From IMG/VR virus record IMGVR_UViG_3300031991_000033: a stretch of 64,000 nt of DNA; one strand, 5' to 3'. Below are positions 45,574 to 53,266 of this stretch, one piece after another; positions within the stretch are counted from its first letter, which is position 1; every line of letters begins with the position of its first letter. A program made the translations under genes and the position numbers. Source of the DNA: a virus. Under the pieces are notes generated by a model that searched no databases, was not told the origin of the DNA, and saw only the letters and a program-made list of their open reading frames with translations.

Positions 45574-46617
45574 ATGGGTCGTGAAGTCAAACGAGTCCCT
45601 GCCGATTTCGATTGGCCACTGAGCAAAGTCTGGAAGGGTTTCATCAATCCTTTCTACAAGTATTCCTTCAAATGTGAGGAATGCGAAGGTTCTGGATATT
45701 CTCCCGAAGGTAAACGACTACAAGATGAGTGGTATGGCTACGTCGAATTTGATGCAACCTCGATTGGTGCAAAGCCGTTGAGCATCGATTGTCCTCATCT
45801 ACGTCTTTCTGTAGAGAGGAAGATTGAACACTCGCAAAGGCTTGCGGCAGATCGTGGTGAGAAGGACTACTACACGCAAGACGGCTACTACACGATGCAG
45901 GAAGCCGTTGATCGTGAAATCAAACGGATGTACGGGCTTTGGAAGAACCAGTGGGCACACCAGCTTTGTCAAGCTGACGTGGATGCTTTGGTCGAAGATG
46001 GTCGTCTTTATGACTTCACACATCGACCTATTGGTGACTTCAATTTGGAAGATGCCGTGCGTACCCGTGCTTATTTTCTTTGGGAAGAAGCTGGTTATCC
46101 CCAAGGTGATGGAGCCGAATTCTGGGCTGCGGCTTGGGAAGAGTACACCAGTCGCTATTGGTTACCATTCCCGAACGGTTATCACCCAACCGCCGAAGAA
46201 GTCAATGCATGGTCGATGCACGGAATGGGTCACGGCAGCAACTTTTGGATTTGCATGAAAGCTCGTGCAAAACGAGAGGGAATTGACCCACTTTGCCCCA
46301 CCTGTAAAGGCGAGTGCAATTATTGGGAACCTGCTGAGATGGAGAAGAAAGCCGAAGAGTGGGAAGAAGAACAACCACCCGAAGGCGAAGCGTTCCAAAT
46401 TTGGGAAACTGTCAGCGAGGGTTCGCCGGTTTCTCCCCCATTCGTCAATCCTGAAGAGCTTGCTCAGTGGATGGTTGAGAACGACGACAGCGTTACCAAG
46501 GACACTGACTTTGAAGGTTGGATGAAGTTCATCCTTGGTGATGGATGGGCACCATCAGGCATGATGTCTTCAAAAGGTTGGCAGAGTGGTGTGAAAGCCA
46601 TAACCGATCTTGACTAA
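45574..46617 (+). CDS. Phage protein with an inserted DUF2934-like module
   Basis: MGREVKRVPADFDWPL..VW.GF...QIWETVSEGSPVSPPF; internal AVRTRAYFLWEEAGYPQGDGAEFWAAA; GAGGAGG RBS. Confidence 0.75.
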   Translation: MGREVKRVPADFDWPLSKVWKGFINPFYKYSFKCEECEGSGYSPEGKRLQDEWYGYVEFDATSIGAKPLSIDCPHLRLSVERKIEHSQRLAADRGEKDYYTQDGYYTMQEAVDREIKRMYGLWKNQWAHQLCQADVDALVEDGRLYDFTHRPIGDFNLEDAVRTRAYFLWEEAGYPQGDGAEFWAAAWEEYTSRYWLPFPNGYHPTAEEVNAWSMHGMGHGSNFWICMKARAKREGIDPLCPTCKGECNYWEPAEMEKKAEEWEEEQPPEGEAFQIWETVSEGSPVSPPFVNPEELAQWMVENDDSVTKDTDFEGWMKFILGDGWAPSGMMSSKGWQSGVKAITDLD

Positions 46618-46635
46618 CACTAACTCTGTTAGTGT

Positions 46636-47778
46636 ATGAGGAATCAAGCTTACTGTTCACACCCGTATCGACGTATCAAAATCCAATCTGATGGTACTTG
46701 TGGTAACTGCTGTTTCATGCAGCGTGGAGCCATTGGTAACATTCTGGAATACGGATACGAGGCTGTTTGGAAAGGGATTGTCGCCAACTCTATTCGTGAG
46801 AAGGTTGGCGACAATCTTTTACCAACCGCCTGTCAAACAGCTTCTTGCCCTTACGCTCACCTTACTTCTGAAGAGCGACTGTGGCATATTGTGGATGTTT
46901 CTAACCCACATCCATTCCCTACGGAGATCGAACTCGATCTCCCAGACTCCCACTGCAATGTCGGTGGTCTGAGTCCAAACAAAAAGAACCCGGCTTGCTT
47001 GATGTGCGAACGTCATTTGTATGGCACGGTGCAAAAAGATCGTGTCAACGAAATCTGTGCGGTTATCAAACCGTACATTCAATACATCGATAAGTTTCAC
47101 ATTCAAGGCATTGCTGAGACATTCTGGAAAGACAAAATCTTTGAAGTGTTTGATCTCTTAGATATGAGGTCACACAAGGATCGTGTATTTGTAAGCACAA
47201 CCACGAACGCCACGATATTAGATCAGAAAAGACGTGTTGCGTTCTTAGAGTATCCATTCTCAAGTCTTACTTTTTCTTTGGATGCCGCCACAGCGAGCAC
47301 ATTCAAACTTATCCGTCGCTGGGATATGTTTGAGAAAGTCAAAGAGAATGTTAAAAATTACTGTCAAGAGAAGACGCCGAGTCAGGTTGCTGGCATCCAC
47401 AATAATCTGAACCTCTTAAACATCAATGAAGCCGAAGATATGGTTGTGTTGGCGAAAGAGTTAGGTGTGGATTTTGTAGACTTCAATCCAACTTATGGAA
47501 TACCTGAAATCTGTGTGAACGAACAAAATGTTCATCTCTTCGCCGAGGCTCAATCAAAGATTAAAGAAAAGGCGGCTGAGATCGAGATGAAAGTAAGCTT
47601 CATGCGTGATTTGACGCTAGGATTGAATGTGCCTAGTGAACCAAAACTCATCCAAATCACGGTCGATCAAGTTGTCGATTTGGCAGAGAAGCTTTGGGTT
47701 GATTCAGAAGATTTGATGGCGATTACCGATAAAAACCCAGACATGGTAAAGGTGATCGGCTTCAAACCATTCTTATAG
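46636..47778 (+). CDS. Radical SAM protein with an N-terminal SPASM/twitch-like domain
   Basis: CSHPY..IKIQSDG...CC; C-x13-CxxC (CNVGG...ACLMCER); TTNAT; FSLDAATASTFKLIRR. Confidence 0.8.
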   Translation: MRNQAYCSHPYRRIKIQSDGTCGNCCFMQRGAIGNILEYGYEAVWKGIVANSIREKVGDNLLPTACQTASCPYAHLTSEERLWHIVDVSNPHPFPTEIELDLPDSHCNVGGLSPNKKNPACLMCERHLYGTVQKDRVNEICAVIKPYIQYIDKFHIQGIAETFWKDKIFEVFDLLDMRSHKDRVFVSTTTNATILDQKRRVAFLEYPFSSLTFSLDAATASTFKLIRRWDMFEKVKENVKNYCQEKTPSQVAGIHNNLNLLNINEAEDMVVLAKELGVDFVDFNPTYGIPEICVNEQNVHLFAEAQSKIKEKAAEIEMKVSFMRDLTLGLNVPSEPKLIQITVDQVVDLAEKLWVDSEDLMAITDKNPDMVKVIGFKPFL

Positions 47779-48303
47779 TTTTTGAGCAACCAAAAAGAAG
47801 CTATACTTATCGTCACCCAAGTCTTTGCCATGATCAATTAGCTCGTACAACTTTGGCAAATGTTCTCCTCGAAAATTCTTACCTTCGCCACAGAAAGCAC
47901 GTTTGAAGAACATCATGAATTGGGCGTACCTGTAATCTCTCATGTGTTCCAAGTTATCACCATTATTGTAATGGTCGCCATCAGGTAGATAAAGAATGAG
48001 CTTGCCGCCCGGCTTGAGTAACTTCGTCCACTCTATGAGTGTAGCATAATCGTCTTCCATGTGTTCAAGAACATGTGATGAGAACACGGTATCGGCGGTG
48101 TTGTACATGTGGTCTTCGAATTTAGATAGACCATCTTTCAACATCCCGACACACTCTGTTGATCGACCATCAATACCAACCGCATCTGGTGTGACCTTGT
48201 GTGTGCCGCAACCAATATCAAGTACACGACCTTGTACGTGATCTTTGATCTTGGAATATATCTTTTCTGTTTCGCTACTGTATGCCACCAGATTTCCTAA
48301 CAA
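47773..48303 (-). CDS. Class I SAM-dependent methyltransferase
   Basis: VLDIGCG, VFSSHVLEHMED and LLKPGGKLILYLP. Confidence 0.9.
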   Translation of the reverse strand: MLGNLVAYSSETEKIYSKIKDHVQGRVLDIGCGTHKVTPDAVGIDGRSTECVGMLKDGLSKFEDHMYNTADTVFSSHVLEHMEDDYATLIEWTKLLKPGGKLILYLPDGDHYNNGDNLEHMRDYRYAQFMMFFKRAFCGEGKNFRGEHLPKLYELIDHGKDLGDDKYSFFLVAQKL

Positions 48304-49273
48304 TTACTTCTATGCTAAATTCGCCAACAGGGTGTGCGTTCACAGGAAGTGAATGATCATAGCCATCAGACAAAACCTTGAGGCTTAAGATTTCACCATC
48401 TGGAATCGCTTTATTTAGCAAACCTTTTAGAGAGATTGTGCAAGGAGATTCTGATTCTTCAGGTAGCCAAAACCATTTGTGTTCACCGTTCCATTGGCTT
48501 GGCAGAGTCTTACGCTTCTCATATAGGTCTCTATGAGGCACCATGATAATCAAATGACCACCCGGCTTTAGAATCCGCCACCAGTTTTCAATCGCTTTCT
48601 TGGGGTTGTTGATGTGTTCCAAAATATGGCTGGCATACACTGTTTGGAATGACTCGTCTGGCACACCTTCCATCAATTCGGCATCGCCGTCGCCAAATGC
48701 AATATCCCAACGTCTGAAAGTTTGATTCAAACAATCGTATTGACATCCGATGTCAATGCCCGGTGCGTTAGCTGGTGCATATTTTTCAAACCAACCCTCA
48801 GCAACTCGACGTTCATGGGCTTTCCAAGTTTCACCCAATCGCCGAGTACGATGAAAATCGGCATCATTACGACGATCAACAGGTGGTACACATTCCCACT
48901 TGATCTCGTGATCAAACATCAATGTGCGACGAATAGCATCCCAATTTGGCAATCCACCAAATTGTCGGTCGTCAATATAGACAGTGGCATAAGGTTTACG
49001 ACCACCATTGTCTCTGAAGTCCAAGTCTTTGGGTGATTCGTTTACACCATCAAACTCCAAGCCGTTTTCTTTACAGAACTCGACTGCATCTTTGAGATAT
49101 TGCTTATTGATGTTGTAACCTTCATCTTCACGACACGTGAAGAGGATCAACTTCCAACCAGCGTTTTTGAGTTCTTTTAGGGTTTCAAGAGCACCGGGGA
49201 GTGGTTTTCCAACTTTTGGAAAAGCATGTTCAACGATTGTGCCATCAAAATCTACACAGGCAATCCGTCCCAT
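48275..49273 (-). CDS. HAD-family hydrolase fused to a class I methyltransferase
   Basis: N-terminal CVDFDGT, LFTCR, KPYATVYIDDR; C-terminal GIDIGC, YASHILEH, ILKPGGHLIIMVP. Confidence 0.85.
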   Translation of the reverse strand: MGRIACVDFDGTIVEHAFPKVGKPLPGALETLKELKNAGWKLILFTCREDEGYNINKQYLKDAVEFCKENGLEFDGVNESPKDLDFRDNGGRKPYATVYIDDRQFGGLPNWDAIRRTLMFDHEIKWECVPPVDRRNDADFHRTRRLGETWKAHERRVAEGWFEKYAPANAPGIDIGCQYDCLNQTFRRWDIAFGDGDAELMEGVPDESFQTVYASHILEHINNPKKAIENWWRILKPGGHLIIMVPHRDLYEKRKTLPSQWNGEHKWFWLPEESESPCTISLKGLLNKAIPDGEILSLKVLSDGYDHSLPVNAHPVGEFSIEVIVRKSGGIQ

Positions 49274-49458
49274 CCGTGATGCTCCTTCATATAATGTGCA
49301 AGTTCAACTGATTGTTTGATACTGAGTGATGCGATGCGGTCGCCTAGTTCTTGGATTTCATCTGGGAAATCGCTTGCTAAAGCGACTTTCGTTGGCGGTT
49401 TGTTTGGAGGTCCAGCCGGGGCGGTTTGTGGTTCAAGAACGAGGGTATTCATAGTCAA
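49252..49458 (-). CDS. Ribosomal protein bL12 (L7/L12) N-terminal domain only
   Basis: DEIQELGDRIASLSIKQSVELAHYMKEHHG resembles the bL12 N-terminal helical hairpin (planctomycete-like ELGDKIANLTLKQAKELSDYL...HG, from memory); no hinge or C-terminal domain. Confidence 0.7.
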   Translation of the reverse strand: MTMNTLVLEPQTAPAGPPNKPPTKVALASDFPDEIQELGDRIASLSIKQSVELAHYMKEHHGWDGLPV

Positions 49459-49888
49459 CTACTACCTTTGTGTGATCGCCGGGGTCTTTATTCCATCTCA
49501 AAAACAAAAGACCACTATCGGGGCATATTAGACCCTCAGCAACCTCCACGTCAAGATGGTTTTCTGCAAGACGAGTTGCAATGAACGCTCCTTTGGGATC
49601 GAAAACAAAGTCGCAAACTTTTACCCAATCTTTGTCATTACTACCGTCATGCCAGAAACATTTACCGACCAGAGTGCCTACGTTCATCGGAGCATTTTCT
49701 AATGCCCCGTAACAACGCCAAACACCAGTTTCGGATCGTTTCTCTTCGTTGCTTGCAAGCAACGCCATATAGTGAAATTCATCGTGGTACTGATATTCAC
49801 GCAAGAATGCGATCAGGTCTTGAACCTTAGAAGCATCTACGAAGTTGTGAGATACTAAATCGCAAGCTAGTTTATCGGTGTTAGGCAT
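49433..49888 (-). CDS. Hypothetical protein
   Basis: 151-aa ORF; GGAG RBS. Confidence 0.65.
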   Translation of the reverse strand: MPNTDKLACDLVSHNFVDASKVQDLIAFLREYQYHDEFHYMALLASNEEKRSETGVWRCYGALENAPMNVGTLVGKCFWHDGSNDKDWVKVCDFVFDPKGAFIATRLAENHLDVEVAEGLICPDSGLLFLRWNKDPGDHTKVVVDYEYPRS

Positions 49889-50429
49889 CGAACCAAAACT
49901 CCTTGTCTGTGTTTGCTAACAGTACGTCCAAAGACACGATAGTCCAATCTTTGTAACGCATCTGGAAATCGAACTGTTTGTTGAAATCGACGGCTCGAAC
50001 CATTGCCAGCCAAGGTTTTCTACTTCGCTTCCACATGATGATTGGTAAACGCCCGCTGGTTTTGGCATCGTTCTCAGATTGTTCGATGAAACTGTCGATA
50101 CGAGAACAACCACCATCCATTACGCTACTGAAGTCTACGTCATCGTCATAGCCGCCCTTGCACTCAATAACCCACTTGTATTTTTCAGGAGCACAAATGT
50201 CTCCTACAAGTGTTTGTTTGGCATGTGCTGGCATGTGCGTAACTTGACCCCATCGATTGCCAGAACCGACCGAGCGTGAAAATGTGTCGCCGTGATGCTT
50301 TGTAAGTAGCTTACAAAGTTCAAGTTCGACACGATTCCCCTTCTTTTTTCCATTGACCTTTTTCTTTCGACGAGCTTCATTTTCAAGCAAATCGTCTACT
50401 TCTAGGTCTTCTTCAAATGATTCGTCCAT
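49881..50429 (-). CDS. Holliday junction resolvase (PD-(D/E)xK, archaeal/phage type)
   Basis: NGKKKGNRVELEL, GDI, IECKGGY, EQS..DA and PIIMWKRSRKPWLAM. Confidence 0.85.
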   Translation of the reverse strand: MDESFEEDLEVDDLLENEARRKKKVNGKKKGNRVELELCKLLTKHHGDTFSRSVGSGNRWGQVTHMPAHAKQTLVGDICAPEKYKWVIECKGGYDDDVDFSSVMDGGCSRIDSFIEQSENDAKTSGRLPIIMWKRSRKPWLAMVRAVDFNKQFDFQMRYKDWTIVSLDVLLANTDKEFWFDA

Positions 50430-50450
50430 ACCCTTAACAGAGTATGGTGA

Positions 50451-51842
50451 TTAAAACTTTGGTAAGAAATGAACAGTGCCTTCCAAGTCCTGTTGTGTTT
50501 GCTCAAGACTTGTAAGAAGTTCCTGAAAATCGTCGGAAGTGATACTGCCCTCAAGTCCCGCATTTACAAAATTTGTTTCGATCTGATCGACCAAACGTTT
50601 AATTTCTTCGCAACGAGCGGCAACTTCGTCGGCAGCTTCCTTGAAGTTCTGTTCGTTTTCAAAGCCATCTCTGGTATGTTCTTCCATCCAGAGTTTATCG
50701 TCATCGACGGTTGTGTCGTCATCTTCATCTACATCAAGGGTTTCTTGTATCACATTGCTCGCCTTACTTTGAGAAACTTGTCTGTCGAAGTGACCCCAGC
50801 GATCTTTCCAATCATGTGCCCAAGGTCCGCTGACTTGGTATCCAATATCAGGATGGAAAAATGTTGAAGAGGACGGTGGTGCGTAAACAGTTTTGGCTGG
50901 AACTTGGTTTGGAGCGTTTCCTTTAGCATCCAAATCAGTAACGATTGAGAGGTTGATTTTCTTGGGTTGAATTGGTCTTTTCTTCCCGCTTGCCGTCCAG
51001 TCTTTTGAAACAGATTTGTCTGTTTTGATTGCAACTCTGTGGAAATTGGAATCTGTTACAATTTGATTTTCTTGATCAATTTTGAAACCCCAGACCTCAT
51101 TTACAGGTAGCTCGGCAAGTTTTTGAGTTCCGATTTCTTTTGAGAAGTTACATTCAGAAACGGCTTGGTGCCAAATTTCGGTTTCTGAGAAGAAGAAAAC
51201 TTGACCGAGTGTTTCTCGTAGGTCAGCCACCCATAAAGGGCGTTTCTTATTACGAAACAGCATAAGGGTTCTTGAGCCATCAACGTGCAACTCGCCGATC
51301 ATGGCGGCACAAGAACCTTGACGAACGACCGACCAGAACTCGTGTACAGACGCAAGTCGTTCTTGCATGTATTGTGGCGTGTTTGGGATTAACAGTGGCG
51401 GTTCAACAATTGCATTTTCATACATTCTCAACAGGATTTCTGAGTCACAGTCTGTTTGTGTTTCATACTTATCTGTAAGGAATGATGCTTCATGAATCTT
51501 CCCGTTGTGAATAACGCCGATACGTTTATCTTCTGACACGAAGGGATGATTATTTTCGTTGTTGCGAGCGTGCCCGACACCGGGCGATGTGCGGCGAGCA
51601 TGTACAAGAAGAAGGTTAGGGTTCAAATTTTGTACTTTTGCCCAAATCGGAATCTGCATAAATTCGCTGCTCTTGATTGGTGCTTTGTGATAGATGACTT
51701 TGGGTTTCTCTTTTGATTCAAGACCCCAAATACCAGCGGCGTCCGTGCCTCGACTTTCAAGCCGAGCAAAGATGCGAGTGGTTAAGTCGTGTGTTACTTT
51801 CGGCTTTTTAGCTTTGCCGATATATCCTGCGATTCCGCACAT
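50451..51842 (-). CDS. Class II (Ntn) glutamine amidotransferase with an acidic C-terminal extension
   Basis: N-terminal MCGIAG, RGTDAAG, HARRTS, NNHPF, HNGKI and DCDSE. Confidence 0.9.
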   Translation of the reverse strand: MCGIAGYIGKAKKPKVTHDLTTRIFARLESRGTDAAGIWGLESKEKPKVIYHKAPIKSSEFMQIPIWAKVQNLNPNLLLVHARRTSPGVGHARNNENNHPFVSEDKRIGVIHNGKIHEASFLTDKYETQTDCDSEILLRMYENAIVEPPLLIPNTPQYMQERLASVHEFWSVVRQGSCAAMIGELHVDGSRTLMLFRNKKRPLWVADLRETLGQVFFFSETEIWHQAVSECNFSKEIGTQKLAELPVNEVWGFKIDQENQIVTDSNFHRVAIKTDKSVSKDWTASGKKRPIQPKKINLSIVTDLDAKGNAPNQVPAKTVYAPPSSSTFFHPDIGYQVSGPWAHDWKDRWGHFDRQVSQSKASNVIQETLDVDEDDDTTVDDDKLWMEEHTRDGFENEQNFKEAADEVAARCEEIKRLVDQIETNFVNAGLEGSITSDDFQELLTSLEQTQQDLEGTVHFLPKF

Positions 51843-51921
51843 AGTTGTTCCCTTACTGTAAGATTCGATTGTAGCAATTTTCGATCCCAAAAACAATAGA
51901 TACTTTAAGACCGGAGGTTGG

Positions 51922-52458
51922 ATGGACGATTTTCTTTCATGGCTCGAAACACAAGATGAAACCGAACCTGTGCTCGTTGAGTACGGAGGTTTTATGGATG
52001 CTTTGCAAAATCCCGGCGATCTTGTGTTCTTTGGAATCCACTTACTGAATCGTCAATACAACGAATTGAACCAGTTCCCGTTTTTGAGTCTTGGTCCAAG
52101 TGCCGATCCTGATAGGTTTGATATTTCTCAGTATGTTACCGAAATTGTTGAATCTGATCCAGTACGTCGTACTGTAATAGTACGACCGAACAGAAAGCCG
52201 TCTCAGATGGGCTATCTGAGCAAGCATGTCAATAAAACAGACCGTCGTGGGCAATATCACATCCCATCAACTCATCTTGAGGATGTGACATTTCTTCTGC
52301 CCAAAGAGTCTCAGTCGAAAAGACTGTGGGTGGTGATTACAAATCCCTACCAGAGAAAACTTGCAGCTAGCTTGCGTAAAAGGGAAATGACTGCTCGACG
52401 GGAAAAAGAATCCCAAGTCGCTGCTAGAGCACCAAGCATGGTGCCATCAGCCATTTAA
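51922..52458 (+). CDS. Hypothetical protein
   Basis: GGAGG RBS; N-terminus MDDFLSWLE. Confidence 0.7.
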   Translation: MDDFLSWLETQDETEPVLVEYGGFMDALQNPGDLVFFGIHLLNRQYNELNQFPFLSLGPSADPDRFDISQYVTEIVESDPVRRTVIVRPNRKPSQMGYLSKHVNKTDRRGQYHIPSTHLEDVTFLLPKESQSKRLWVVITNPYQRKLAASLRKREMTARREKESQVAARAPSMVPSAI

Positions 52459-52473
52459 GAAGAACTTCTATCT

Positions 52474-52713
52474 ATGTTCGATAGTATGAAAGCACGCCCC
52501 AGCTTTACCGGGGAAAATACGTCTCGAAAACCAAAAAAAGAAGACGATGAAATCGCTCGTATCAAAGCATTACTGTTTTCAGATGACGAGCCAAAAGAAG
52601 AGTCCGAAGAGGACAAAATCGTCAAGAAGTTACAAGAAGAACTCTTTAAGTCCAAACCAAAAGAGAACACACTCAAGGATTGGATGACAAGAAGGAAGAA
52701 CAAGTTATTCTAA
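52474..52713 (+). CDS. Small charged hypothetical protein
   Basis: 79-aa K/E-rich ORF. Confidence 0.5.
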   Translation: MFDSMKARPSFTGENTSRKPKKEDDEIARIKALLFSDDEPKEESEEDKIVKKLQEELFKSKPKENTLKDWMTRRKNKLF

Positions 52714-53253
52714 AGGTTCTTGTTCCATGTCCATGCCGCCCTGTTGATCGGCGTTCTTGTTGACTTGCCATTGCTCGTCGTCATTCTTCGGTCCGTCAAT
52801 GTTTTTCTTTTTGTTCGGACCGTTACCAGTAAGCTCGAAGTCATTTTGACCAAGCTCTTGACCGACATCTGCTGGCGGTGCTTCTGCTTTGTTCACTGGC
52901 GTACCCAACTTAGAAGATACATCTTCCAACTTTTGGATCGCCATTTTGATGGTCTCCTTCAAGTCGTAAGTTGTCCCTTTTTCCTTCTTCTCGTCAATAG
53001 CCTTCTTAATCATTACAGCAATAGCTTGAAGCTCTCGAAGATGCTTTTGCTGATGGGCTTCCCATTGACGGTGTAGGATTTTGCGAATTTGATTGACAAT
53101 GTTGTCAGACATCCTCGCAACTTGTCTGGCACCCAGACTATCGATATCATCTTGTAGATCGTGTGCAGCCGTTAGAATATCACCAACCATGTGCCCAAGA
53201 TAGGCACGGTTTTCATTGATAAGAAAGTCTGCGAAAGTGAAGTTCTTTGACAT
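52705..53253 (-). CDS. Hypothetical protein
   Basis: 182 aa; N-terminus MSKNFTFADFLINE. Confidence 0.75.
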   Translation of the reverse strand: MSKNFTFADFLINENRAYLGHMVGDILTAAHDLQDDIDSLGARQVARMSDNIVNQIRKILHRQWEAHQQKHLRELQAIAVMIKKAIDEKKEKGTTYDLKETIKMAIQKLEDVSSKLGTPVNKAEAPPADVGQELGQNDFELTGNGPNKKKNIDGPKNDDEQWQVNKNADQQGGMDMEQEPLE

Positions 53254-53266
53254 GTCTTATTTACGT

